Shown: positions 19,059 to 28,150, numbered from the stretch's first letter. The stretch is DNA of 62,654 nucleotides from an uncultured Acholeplasmatales bacterium (GCA_937877075.1 CALEGD010000005.1:1-62654); one strand, 5' to 3'. Numbers and translations are program-made. The notes: generated from the sequence alone by a model not told the origin.

Positions 19059-20121
19059 TCCATTATTAGAAAAAGTAAAAGAATTAGTTGATGATTATCG
19101 GAGACATAATGATCCAAAAATGAAGTGGATGTGGGGAGAAGGGTTGCTCGGTTATGCGATGTTATTATTGGACGAACATCTCAAGACGAAAGAAAGCCTT
19201 CCTTTCCTTACTTCATACTGCGATTATTATTTAAAAAGTCGTCCTAAATTGGATCATGCTGATAGAGTCGCTCCGGTTCTGATTACCTATTTGACCGACA
19301 AAATGAATCATACCGAACATTATAAAGAACTTACTGACGAGGGAATGGATTATATTTTAAATGAGCCACGACTTTTAGGTGATGCCGTTAATCATCTGGG
19401 GAGAAGTTTTGTTGGAAAATTTTATCCGAAATCCATTTGGGTTGATAGTTTGGTTATGTTTGCACTTTTTCCGGCTTTATATGGTAGACTGGAAGGGAAT
19501 GAAGAACTTCTGGAAGTTGCTAGCCGGCAACCACAATTGTATTATAAATATCTCTGTGATTCCACAACTCAGCTTTGGTATCATTCATATTGGGTAAAAA
19601 GCAAACAAGCTTATCCTCTCAAGAATCTTTTTTGGGGAAGAGGAAACGGTTGGATATTATTTTCGCTTCCTTCAATTCTTGATTATTTGGGTGATCATCC
19701 GGCAAAACCTGATATTGTTGAAATGTTTAGAAAAACAGCGGAAGCCGTTTTAAAATACCAAAAAGAAAACGGCATGTTTAATACATTACTGACCAGACCT
19801 TCTTATGAAGAAACTTCCGGTACCGCACTGATTGCTGCCGGTTTAATTCATGGTGTCAATCATAAATACCTAGATGAGAAATTCTTAGAACCGGGTGTAA
19901 AAGCTTATCGGGCTGCGATTAATAAAATCAAAGATAAAAAAGGAATGAAAGTACTCTCCGGTATCAGCGGTCCGACAATTCCCCTACAGGTTTTTCCAAA
20001 ACTTGGCTATACTTTGGTAAGAAGAAAAGATAATTGGAGTTACGGAATCGCCGCTTTAATCTTTGCTGCGATCGCACATGATAATATCGGTAATGAAAAG
20101 AAAATTCCCTGGTTAAACTAA
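19051..20121 (+). CDS. unsaturated glucuronyl / rhamnogalacturonyl hydrolase (GH88/GH105 fold)
   Basis: 8-nt overlap with the upstream gene. WMWGEG, WVDSL.M and WGRGNGW motifs characteristic of YteR/UGL-type alpha6/alpha6 barrels. Confidence 0.7.
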   Translation: MANPLLEKVKELVDDYRRHNDPKMKWMWGEGLLGYAMLLLDEHLKTKESLPFLTSYCDYYLKSRPKLDHADRVAPVLITYLTDKMNHTEHYKELTDEGMDYILNEPRLLGDAVNHLGRSFVGKFYPKSIWVDSLVMFALFPALYGRLEGNEELLEVASRQPQLYYKYLCDSTTQLWYHSYWVKSKQAYPLKNLFWGRGNGWILFSLPSILDYLGDHPAKPDIVEMFRKTAEAVLKYQKENGMFNTLLTRPSYEETSGTALIAAGLIHGVNHKYLDEKFLEPGVKAYRAAINKIKDKKGMKVLSGISGPTIPLQVFPKLGYTLVRRKDNWSYGIAALIFAAIAHDNIGNEKKIPWLN

Positions 20122-20140
20122 AGTTAGAACGGAGTAATTT

Positions 20141-21322
20141 ATGAGCGAATTAATTAAAACACCCCAACAAAAACAAGACGTTTTAAATAAACTCGTCGAA
20201 AAGTTGATTCAAAATGAAAGTGTTAAGGAGTTCTTTTTAGAAAACGATGAAGTTATTAAATCCATTACACCTTTTGATGTCTTTTCAATTTCTTTTTTTC
20301 AAGAAGAATCTAAATTAGGAATTGAAGAAATCAAGCAAATTGCCGGAAAACTGATAAATCTCATTCATAACGGACTAGAAAAATATCAATGGGAAAAAAC
20401 AAACACTTCATACTTGATGAAGTGTTTGCTTGATGAAGGAAAAGCTATCAGAGATAAATTCGCCAGTATTAAACCTTTGATTAAAGAACTGAATAATTCA
20501 AACAAAGAAAAAATAAATAATGTTTTTCTAAAACTAAAAGATTTAAGTAAAAGATTTTTGAAGATGCAGAATATTATATATCCTCATCTTGAAAAGAAGA
20601 TGGTCAACCCTAAACCTTTACAAATAATGTGGAGTTTGCATGATGATGCAAGAGACTTATTGAAAGATTTGTCTGTTCAGTTTCAAAGTAATGATCCGAA
20701 TTTTAATAAGACGATCGGTAAGTATTTTTTCTTAGTTTATGGAATTCTTGAAAAAGAAGAACTTTTGGTGTTGCCGATTGCTTCAAGAGTTATAAAAGAA
20801 GCGGAATGGAAAGTTATGTTTAAGGAATCTCTGGAATACGGATTTAGTTTTCTTGATGTTGATGATCCAATCGAGGAAAAAGAAATAAAAGACAGCCATG
20901 ATTTTAAAGGTTTACTCTTTACTTCGGAAACCGGGGGTTTAACCCTAGAAGAACTGATTTTAGTATTTAACCGTCTTCCCCTTGATTTAACCTTTGTTGA
21001 TGAATTCAATCAGGTGAAATATTTCAATAATGCACCGAGCCGTATTTTTCCTCGATCCCCGTCGGTTATTGGAAGACAAGTAAGCAAATGCCATCCTCCC
21101 AAAAGCGTACATCTTGTCGAAGAAATTGTAGAAGAGTTTCGGAAAGGTGCTAAGAATGAGGCGAAGTTTTGGTTGGAAATTAGAGGCCGATTCATAGTAA
21201 TTACATATTATGCCATTCGTGATAAAATTGGTCGCTACAAGGGAGTATTGGAAGTAAGTCAAGATGTAACCGAAATCAGAAATTTGACAGGTGAACAAAG
21301 ACTATTAAATTGGGCAAAATAG
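20141..21322 (+). CDS. DUF438 / PAS-domain protein with hemerythrin-like N-terminal region
   Basis: C-terminal LTFVDEFNQVKYFN...IGRQVSKCHPPKSVH...FWLEIRGRFIVITYYAIRD..G.Y.G.LEV.QD matches the DUF438-PAS family. Confidence 0.65.
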   Translation: MSELIKTPQQKQDVLNKLVEKLIQNESVKEFFLENDEVIKSITPFDVFSISFFQEESKLGIEEIKQIAGKLINLIHNGLEKYQWEKTNTSYLMKCLLDEGKAIRDKFASIKPLIKELNNSNKEKINNVFLKLKDLSKRFLKMQNIIYPHLEKKMVNPKPLQIMWSLHDDARDLLKDLSVQFQSNDPNFNKTIGKYFFLVYGILEKEELLVLPIASRVIKEAEWKVMFKESLEYGFSFLDVDDPIEEKEIKDSHDFKGLLFTSETGGLTLEELILVFNRLPLDLTFVDEFNQVKYFNNAPSRIFPRSPSVIGRQVSKCHPPKSVHLVEEIVEEFRKGAKNEAKFWLEIRGRFIVITYYAIRDKIGRYKGVLEVSQDVTEIRNLTGEQRLLNWAK

Positions 21323-21326
21323 ATAG

Positions 21327-21349
21327 AAAAAGAGCCGAAGCTCTTTTTT
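21327..21349 (+). terminator. rho-independent terminator
   Basis: AAAAAGAGC-cgaa-GCTCTTTTTT. Confidence 0.7.
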
Positions 21350-21436
21350 ATTTACTAGGAAAGTGCTTTTCATCTAGAAAAAACCTTTGTTTGTGCTCTT
21401 TTATTAACCTAAAATTAATAAGAATGTATTTATTAG

Positions 21437-21720
21437 CAGAAGCAAAAACATAAAGGTGATAACCAAGAAGAATCATGTAAATCCGAAGCATTATTCTTTG
21501 GTAATGATGAAATACATTTATATAAAGATGTTGCGATTCACAAATTAAGCGGTAAAAAGATAAAAAGAGGTTTTATACAAAACCTCTAGTGGTAGTATTA
21601 TCAATGCAGATTTCAATGCAGCATTAAATATACTAAAGAAAAGTAAACTGGATAAAAAAGTAATACTTTTTTTACAGTATAGTGGTGCGAAACACCAATA
21701 AGATTAAAATTAGTTTAATT
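21437..21720 (+). mobile_element. IS200/IS605-family tnpB 3' remnant with right-end hairpin
   Basis: Frameshifted frames read ..GKKIKRGF(I/Y).. then TSSGSIINADFNAALNILKKSKLDKK, the conserved TnpB C-terminus. A TGGTG-cgaaa-CACCA subterminal hairpin lies at 21693-21707. No tnpA and no N-terminal tnpB sequence is present. Confidence 0.55.
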
Positions 21721-21759
21721 AATCTTAAGAGAGTGAAAATTAATTTTTCACTTTGTTCA

Positions 21760-21960
21760 TTAAAGTTTTACAACATTGACTGCATGTTTCCCTTTCGGGC
21801 CTTCTGCTACTTCATATGAAACTTTTTGCCCTTCAGCAAGAGTTTTGTCAGATAAATCTTCTATAGCTGTATGATGAACGAAAATATCATTTCCATCATC
21901 GCCAGTTATAAAGCCAAAGCCTTTATAGGCATTAAACCATTTGACTGTTCCTGTAATAAT
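21760..21960 (-). CDS. cspA: cold-shock protein (CspA family) lacking a canonical in-frame start codon
   Basis: The minus-strand frame reads [33 protein letters not shown]...[16 protein letters not shown] (66 codons) with RNP1 (KGFGFI) and RNP2 (VFVHH-like) motifs. A GGAAAGGAAAGGAA RBS is present. The first two codons are ATT ATT and an in-frame TGA lies two codons upstream. Confidence 0.75.
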   Translation of the reverse strand: MITGTVKWFNAYKGFGFITGDDGNDIFVHHTAIEDLSDKTLAEGQKVSYEVAEGPKGKHAVNVVKL

Positions 21961-22102
21961 AGGTCATTCCTTTCCTTTCCTAACCTAAGGAAAAAGTATT
22001 ATAAGATTAACTTACTATTTTATTATAACATAATTATCCTAAAAGGCAATGACAATTTTATTTTTATTACAAAACAAGACATTAAATGCTGGGTTATTTT
22101 GC

Positions 22103-22131
22103 TTGACAGACAGTTTTTTTCAGCATAAAAT
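22103..22131 (+). promoter_or_regulatory. promoter TTGACA-17-TAAAAT upstream of czcD
   Basis: Hexamers at 22103-22108 and 22126-22131. This leaves a ~185-nt leader before the czcD start. Confidence 0.5.
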
Positions 22132-22316
22132 ATAATATATGAAAATTTGTTCATATATTAGGAACATGGAAAGTCTTCGTTTGGAAAAATAAGATAAATT
22201 ATATGGTGTAACCTTTTTATTCTAGAAATTCGGATTAATTCATAAACTTACTAAAACAAATGGTTGAAGATGCATAATTAAGGACCGATGTTTAAAACTA
22301 ATTGAAAGGAAATATT

Positions 22317-23243
22317 ATGTCTAAAGAACATCATCATACACATCAGGCAAATAAAAGGATTTTATTAATTGCTTTTATAATCATCACTATATATATGATT
22401 ATTGAAGTGGTTGGGGGCATCCTGACAAATAGTTTGGCATTGTTGTCAGATGCCGGACATATGTTAAGCGATTCCTTTTCCTTAGGAATTGCTTTACTGG
22501 CTTTTATATTAAGCGCTAAACGATCCGGTCATAAAAAGACTTTCGGAAATAAACGCTTTGAAATTTTGTCTGCCGTGATTAACGGCCTCGCTTTACTAGG
22601 AATTGCCGGATTTATTTTTTATGAAGCTGCCGAACGTTTTACTAATCCCCCGGATGTGGCTACTTCCGGAATGCTTATTATTAGCACCTTTGGACTTTTG
22701 GTAAATATTTTGGTTGCTTGGATTATGAATAGAGGCGCTGATACCAAAGGAAATCTCAATATACGTGGGGCTTTTCTTCATGTCATCAGCGATATGGTCG
22801 GTTCTATCGGGGCAATTTCAGCAGCATTATTAATGATGTTTTTAGGATGGAAATGGGCAGACCCGCTTGCCAGCATCTTTGTTGGGTTACTGGCTTTAAG
22901 AAGCGGGTTCCTGGTTACCAAAGAATCTCTTCATATCTTAATGGAAGGAACTCCTAAGGATGTTGACGTGGAAAAAGTCATAAAAACAATTCAAAACCAA
23001 GATAATATTAAGTCTCTGCATGACCTCCATATTTGGACCATCACCAGCGGATTAAATGCTTTATCTTGCCATGTAATTATTGATGATAATATCAATTTAT
23101 CAAAATGTGTGGAAATCTTAAAAAAACTAGAACATAAACTTGAACATCTTGGTATCAGGCATGTAACGATTCAAATCGAAACCGAAGACAATGATCATCC
23201 GGACACAATTTTTTGTAATGGGGAAAAACACTACGATAAATAG
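22317..23243 (+). CDS. czcD: cation diffusion facilitator (Zn/Co/Cd efflux)
   Basis: His-rich N-terminus (EHHHTHQ). HMLSDSFSL and HVISDMVGS metal-site motifs in TM2 and TM5. C-terminal cytoplasmic domain with H..HIW. ATG at 22317 follows GAAAGGAAA. Confidence 0.85.
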   Translation: MSKEHHHTHQANKRILLIAFIIITIYMIIEVVGGILTNSLALLSDAGHMLSDSFSLGIALLAFILSAKRSGHKKTFGNKRFEILSAVINGLALLGIAGFIFYEAAERFTNPPDVATSGMLIISTFGLLVNILVAWIMNRGADTKGNLNIRGAFLHVISDMVGSIGAISAALLMMFLGWKWADPLASIFVGLLALRSGFLVTKESLHILMEGTPKDVDVEKVIKTIQNQDNIKSLHDLHIWTITSGLNALSCHVIIDDNINLSKCVEILKKLEHKLEHLGIRHVTIQIETEDNDHPDTIFCNGEKHYDK

Positions 23244-23255
23244 CAAAGGAAGTTT

Positions 23256-23287
23256 AACTGATCGACAATATTGATCAGTTTTATTTT
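23256..23287 (+). terminator. rho-independent terminator
   Basis: AACTGATC-gacaatat-TGATCAGTT followed by a T-rich run. Confidence 0.65.
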
Positions 23288-23446
23288 GGTCTTGAGGCTT
23301 TTAGTTTATTTACCCGCTAATATTCAAACGTAATATTTTAAACTCGTCCTGAATATTATCAAATAAAAGCACGGTAATAGTTTTTGGTTTTCAAAAATAG
23401 TCTTTAAGGGTATAAGTAAAAAATTGAAAATGAAAGAGGAATCAGC

Positions 23447-24466
23447 ATGAAAAAAATCTTGGTTACAGGGGGTGCCGGTTACATCGGCTCTCACACCGCT
23501 TTGGAACTATTGAATCGCGGATATGATATTATTGTTGTAGACAACCTATCTAATTCTTCGTCAGAAAGCCTAGTAAGAGTGGAAAAAATCACTAAAAAAA
23601 AGGTTAATTTTTATTTGGGTGATATTCGGGATTGGAAACTTCTTAATAAAATTTTTCAAGAAAACGATATAACCCATGTTCTTCATTTTGCCGGGCTTAA
23701 AGCCGTCGGAGAAAGCGTTGAAAAACCTCTTGATTATTATCATAACAATATCTACGGAACTTTAGTTTTGCTTGAAGCAATGCAGAAAGCCAGAGTTAAA
23801 AGTATTATTTTCTCTTCATCCGCTACTGTTTACGGTGAACCGGAAAGACTGCCTCTAGATGAAGATTGCCGTCTTGCGGTCACCAATCCTTATGGTGCAA
23901 CAAAACTGATGATTGAAAACATTTTAAAAGACCTTTACCGAGCCGATTCCGCTTGGAACATCGTTATTCTTCGTTATTTCAATCCTGTCGGAGCTCATGA
24001 AAGTGGTTTTATAGGTGAGGATCCAAACGGCATTCCCAATAACTTAGTACCGTATATTACTCAGGTTGCAGTTGGAAAAATGGATGAAATTAAAATTTTT
24101 GGGGATGATTATGAAACGATTGACGGAACCGGTGTTCGGGATTATATTCATGTTGTTGATTTGGCATTGGGACATATTAGGGCGCTAGAAAAGATTAATG
24201 ACGCCGGGCTCAGGATTTACAATCTTGGAGCAGGCCGGGGATATAGCGTTTTAGAAATGATTAGAGCCTTTGAAAAAGTATGCCTGAGGAGGCTTCCATA
24301 TAAAATTGTCGGTCGCAGGCCAGGTGATATCGCAGTTTGTTACGCGGCTTCGGAAAAGGCTAAACTTGAACTCGACTGGAAAGCCGAAAGAGGTATTGAT
24401 GAAATGTGTGCTTCCCACTGGAAGTGGCAAAGTCAAAACCCTAATGGTTATAAGAAAACAGTGTAA
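23447..24466 (+). CDS. galE: UDP-glucose 4-epimerase
   Basis: GGAGYIGSH Rossmann motif, SSSATVYG and YGATK catalytic motifs, 339 aa. Confidence 0.95.
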   Translation: MKKILVTGGAGYIGSHTALELLNRGYDIIVVDNLSNSSSESLVRVEKITKKKVNFYLGDIRDWKLLNKIFQENDITHVLHFAGLKAVGESVEKPLDYYHNNIYGTLVLLEAMQKARVKSIIFSSSATVYGEPERLPLDEDCRLAVTNPYGATKLMIENILKDLYRADSAWNIVILRYFNPVGAHESGFIGEDPNGIPNNLVPYITQVAVGKMDEIKIFGDDYETIDGTGVRDYIHVVDLALGHIRALEKINDAGLRIYNLGAGRGYSVLEMIRAFEKVCLRRLPYKIVGRRPGDIAVCYAASEKAKLELDWKAERGIDEMCASHWKWQSQNPNGYKKTV

Positions 24467-24539
24467 ACATTTTCATTCATTGTTGAATTGAAAAATTAGG
24501 TATTTTTAGTATAATAAAGACATATATAAATAACAAACA

Positions 24540-24792
24540 AAGACGATGAAAAGAAGAGTAACCAAGTGAGGTATTTACAGAGAGTTCCGGTAGGTGAGAG
24601 GGAATAATGCTGATTGTGGTGAAGATGGCCTTGGAGTTGCTTGGTTGAGCAGATAATGTAAAATCAAGACGTGTTCGCACGTTACAGCGATAGAGTATGA
24701 TAGTACTCGAAGTGGTTACAATAGTGATATTGTAATAAAAAAGGTGGTACCGCGGGAATATATCTCGTCCTTTTAGAGGACGGGATTTTTTT
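24540..24792 (+). promoter_or_regulatory. T-box riboswitch leader (probable Met specifier) with terminator
   Basis: GATGAAAAGAAGAGTA K-turn/AGTA region. AGAGAG bulge plus TTCC-GGTAGGTGAGAG-GGAA distal loop. Conserved T-box sequence AAGGTGGTACCGCG at 24741-24754. Terminator CTCGTCC-ttttaga-GGACGGG plus T7 at 24764-24792. Promoter TTGAAA-16-TATAAT at 24488-24515. Confidence 0.85.
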
Positions 24793-24809
24793 GTTTTTAG
24801 GAGGAAATT

Positions 24810-25556
24810 ATGGTTAGAATTGAAAATATATCTAAATCATTTATTCAAGCAAATAATGAAAACTTGCATGCTTTGAAGAATGTATCCCTGGAAATTAGAG
24901 AAAACACAATCTTTGGAATCATTGGTCTAAGCGGAGCCGGTAAATCTACTTTACTTCGTTCAATAATCAGTTTGGAAAAAATTGATTGTGGGAGCATATT
25001 TATTGACGGAATTGAAATCACTTCTTTAAAAGAGAGTGAATTAAGGAGTTTTAAGAAAAATATCGGAGTTGTTTTTCAGGGTTATAATCTTTTATATCAG
25101 CGTAATGTAGAAAAGAATATAGCGCTTCCCCTTGAGATAAGTGGCTGGAAAAAAGAAAATATCAAGAAAAGAGTGAAATACTTGATAGAAGTTACTGGGT
25201 TAAGCGGTAAAGAAAAGGCTTATCCGGCTCAACTTTCGGGAGGGCAAAGGCAGCGGGTTGCGATAGCTCGGGCTTTGGCTTTAAATCCGAAACTGCTATT
25301 ACTGGATGAGATTACGAGTGCGCTTGACCCTAGAACCACAAATCAGATCTTAAAGTTATTACTGGAAATTAAAGAAAAGTTTCGGGTAACGATACTTCTG
25401 ATTACCCACGAGATAGCGGTGGTTTCATTAATATGTGATGAGGTAGCCGTCCTTGATTACGGTGAGATTGTAGAACGTGGGAATAGTTTTGATGTTTTAA
25501 AACATCCGAAAAGTACGGTAACAAAGATGTTACTGGGGAAAGGAGGTTTTTGTTGA
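24810..25556 (+). CDS. metN: methionine ABC transporter ATP-binding protein (short form, no C-terminal NIL domain)
   Basis: Walker A GLSGAGKST, signature LSGGQRQR, Walker B LLLLDE. 248 aa, ending shortly after the H-loop. Confidence 0.85.
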   Translation: MVRIENISKSFIQANNENLHALKNVSLEIRENTIFGIIGLSGAGKSTLLRSIISLEKIDCGSIFIDGIEITSLKESELRSFKKNIGVVFQGYNLLYQRNVEKNIALPLEISGWKKENIKKRVKYLIEVTGLSGKEKAYPAQLSGGQRQRVAIARALALNPKLLLLDEITSALDPRTTNQILKLLLEIKEKFRVTILLITHEIAVVSLICDEVAVLDYGEIVERGNSFDVLKHPKSTVTKMLLGKGGFC

Positions 25557-26227
25557 TGAAGGAAATCTTAGATTTAATTAAAGTTACCGGTATGTTTAAA
25601 GGAACACTTGAAACTTTTTATATGGTCGGAATTTCAACAATTCTAGCTTATATGATCGGTCTACCTCTGGGAATTTTGGTTGTTGTAACAGACAGGGACG
25701 GAATTAAACCGAATCGACCCTTAAACTTGATTTTCGGAACGATCATTAACCTCTTTCGTTCGATACCTTTTTTGATTCTTTTAGTCTTACTGATCCCTGT
25801 TACCCGCTTTATAATTGGTACTTCTATCGGTTCAACCGCAATGATTGTACCCTTGACTTTCGCTTCAACAACTTTCGTTGCCAGACTTGTAGAAACATCA
25901 CTCAGAGAAATTGATCAAGGCGTAATCGAACAGACTCTTTCAATGGGAGCGACTCCGATTCAAATAATCTTTAAGGTTTTCTTGGTCGAAGCAACTCCAG
26001 CGTTAATTCGAGGTTTAGCCATCACTGGAATAAATTTAATCGGTTATTCCGCATTGGCCGAAGCAGTAGCCGGTGGTGGTCTTGGTGATATTGCTATCCG
26101 CTATGGTTATCACAAATACAATTATCAAGTCATGCTTTTGACTGTGATTCTTTTGGTGGCAATTGTTCAATTGATTCAATTCGTTTTCGATAAAATTGCC
26201 GGGAAAATTGATAAAAAAAGATTATAA
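25556..26227 (+). CDS. metI: methionine ABC transporter permease
   Basis: TGATG overlap with metN; the RBS AAAGGAGG is 9 nt upstream. Five TM segments and an EAA-like loop (REIDQGVIEQTLSMGA). Confidence 0.85.
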   Translation: MKEILDLIKVTGMFKGTLETFYMVGISTILAYMIGLPLGILVVVTDRDGIKPNRPLNLIFGTIINLFRSIPFLILLVLLIPVTRFIIGTSIGSTAMIVPLTFASTTFVARLVETSLREIDQGVIEQTLSMGATPIQIIFKVFLVEATPALIRGLAITGINLIGYSALAEAVAGGGLGDIAIRYGYHKYNYQVMLLTVILLVAIVQLIQFVFDKIAGKIDKKRL

Positions 26228-26237
26228 AGGAGAACTT

Positions 26238-27044
26238 ATGAAAAAAATAACAACTTTTATATTTGGAATTTTTTGTTTGTTTATTCTCTTTGGTTGCGTA
26301 TCAAAGAACAGTATCGATGATAAGAATATTGTAATTGCAGCTTCGCAAACTCCGCATTCAGAGATTTTAGAACAAACCCGTGAATATCTAGAAAACAAGG
26401 GTTATACATTAGAGATTCGGGTCTTTAATGATTATGTAATTCCTAATGAAGCAACGGTAAGCGGAGAAGTTGATGCTAACTTCTTCCAACATTTACCTTA
26501 TTTAAATGACTATAATAAAAACAATCATACCGATTTGGTTTCCGTCCTCCGGGTTCATTATGAACCACTTGGTTTGTATCAGGGAAGAAGAAATAGTTTA
26601 AATAATTTGGAGAATGCGAAAATTGCAATTGCGAATGACAATTCCAACGGAGCTAGAGGGCTGCTTCTTTTAGAATTGCAAAATATTATTACGCTTGATA
26701 GTAGTAAGGGAGCCAACGTTACCGTCAATGATATTATTGCAAATCCTTATAATATCAAAATAGTTGAACTTGAAGCAGCGGTTATTCCTTCTCAGCTATC
26801 CGATGTTGATTTTGCGGTTATCAATGGAAACTATGCCTTAGAAGCTAATATTCCAAATTCTAAATTGCTGGCAAGTGAAGAAAGTGATTCTCTTGGAGCG
26901 GAGACTTATGCCAATATTATAGCTGTAAAAGCTGAAAACAAAGACAAAGAAGCGATTAAGGTTTTAATTGAGGCCTTAAAACAAAAAAATATTTCCGAAT
27001 ACATATTAAATACATATAATGGTGTAGTTATTCCTTCGAGTTAG
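26238..27044 (+). CDS. metQ: methionine-binding lipoprotein (NlpA/MetQ family)
   Basis: Lipobox LFGC. ASQTPHSEIL and FQH.PYL motifs of the MetQ family. ATG at 26238 follows AAAGGAGA. Confidence 0.85.
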   Translation: MKKITTFIFGIFCLFILFGCVSKNSIDDKNIVIAASQTPHSEILEQTREYLENKGYTLEIRVFNDYVIPNEATVSGEVDANFFQHLPYLNDYNKNNHTDLVSVLRVHYEPLGLYQGRRNSLNNLENAKIAIANDNSNGARGLLLLELQNIITLDSSKGANVTVNDIIANPYNIKIVELEAAVIPSQLSDVDFAVINGNYALEANIPNSKLLASEESDSLGAETYANIIAVKAENKDKEAIKVLIEALKQKNISEYILNTYNGVVIPSS

Positions 27045-27176
27045 AAACTTTTAATTTTCGGATTAATCTGCAACAAAATTGAATATTTGACTTTTAGATA
27101 AGATAGCAGTAAAATATATATTAACAAATCGAGAAACCGATAGCAATCGTTTTTTTCGGGAAATGGAAGAAGTATA

Positions 27177-28118
27177 ATGGATATTTTATTATCGATAACG
27201 GTTGTAGCACCAATTTGTATTTACATCTTGCTGGGTATCTTTGTTAAGAAAATGAAATGGATCGGAGAAGTAGGTTTAAGTCAGACTAATAAACTTATTT
27301 ATAATATTTTTTTTCCGACTATTATGTTTGTAAATATCTATAATTCAAGTCTTGAAGAATCGCTTAATGGAAAATTAATTTTATATTTGTTTATAATGTT
27401 TTCCTTACTGTTTATTTCGCTCTATCTGGTTGTTCCGCTTATTACTAAGGAAAAACCGATACAAGGAAGTATTATTCAAGGAGTTTTTAGGGGGAACTTG
27501 ATTTTATATGCGATACCGGTACTAACCACTATCTATGGTAAAGATAATATCGCGGTAGCAACGGTAAGTATTTCGGTAATCGTTCCTTTTATAAATATTC
27601 TTGTGGTTATCCTTTTGGAAGAAAAAAGAGGTTCAAAAGCTAATTTTGGAAAACTGTTGGTCAGCATCATTAAAAACCCGATTATGCTGGGGGCTATTTT
27701 AGGTGTGATTGTAAAACTAATGGCAATCAAACTTCCGGAAGTGATTGAGAATGTAATCAAAGATATGAGTTCTGCGGTGACTCCAATTTCATTGGTGCTT
27801 CTGGGTGCAGGTTTAAATTTTTCAAAAATAAAAAAAGACAAATGGTATCTTACTTTCGTTTGCGTTTCAAAATTAGTTATTGTACCTTTGGTTTTTGTAG
27901 GAATTGCCTATTATCTCTTTGATTTCCGTGGTATTGCTCTTGCAACTATCTTCGCTTTAAGCAGTGTTCCGACGGCAGTATCTTCCTATGTTATGGCTAA
28001 AGAAATGGACGCGGACGGACAATTGTCCGGTGAAATTGTTGCTTTTACTTCTACATTCTCGATCATCACGATTTTTCTATGGATGCTCTTGCTTACTGGC
28101 ATTGGTTGGATTTCATAA
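27177..28118 (+). CDS. AEC (auxin efflux carrier) family transporter
   Basis: ~10 TM segments in two halves separated by a charged loop (EEKRGSKANFGK), an architecture typical of AEC/malate-permease-like proteins. TTGACT-17-TAAAAT promoter upstream. Confidence 0.7.
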   Translation: MDILLSITVVAPICIYILLGIFVKKMKWIGEVGLSQTNKLIYNIFFPTIMFVNIYNSSLEESLNGKLILYLFIMFSLLFISLYLVVPLITKEKPIQGSIIQGVFRGNLILYAIPVLTTIYGKDNIAVATVSISVIVPFINILVVILLEEKRGSKANFGKLLVSIIKNPIMLGAILGVIVKLMAIKLPEVIENVIKDMSSAVTPISLVLLGAGLNFSKIKKDKWYLTFVCVSKLVIVPLVFVGIAYYLFDFRGIALATIFALSSVPTAVSSYVMAKEMDADGQLSGEIVAFTSTFSIITIFLWMLLLTGIGWIS

Positions 28119-28122
28119 ATAT

Positions 28123-28150
28123 AAGGCCTCTTCTTGGGGCTTTTCTTTTT
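28123..28150 (+). terminator. rho-independent terminator
   Basis: AAGGCCTC-ttctt-GGGGCTTT stem (with G-U pairs) followed by a T-run. Confidence 0.55.

Noticed and set aside
22140-22316. A NiCo (czcD-motif) riboswitch upstream of czcD.
   Set aside because: The leader is very A+T-rich. It lacks the G+C-rich four-way-junction sequence elements I associate with that class. Only a covariance-model scan could fully exclude it.
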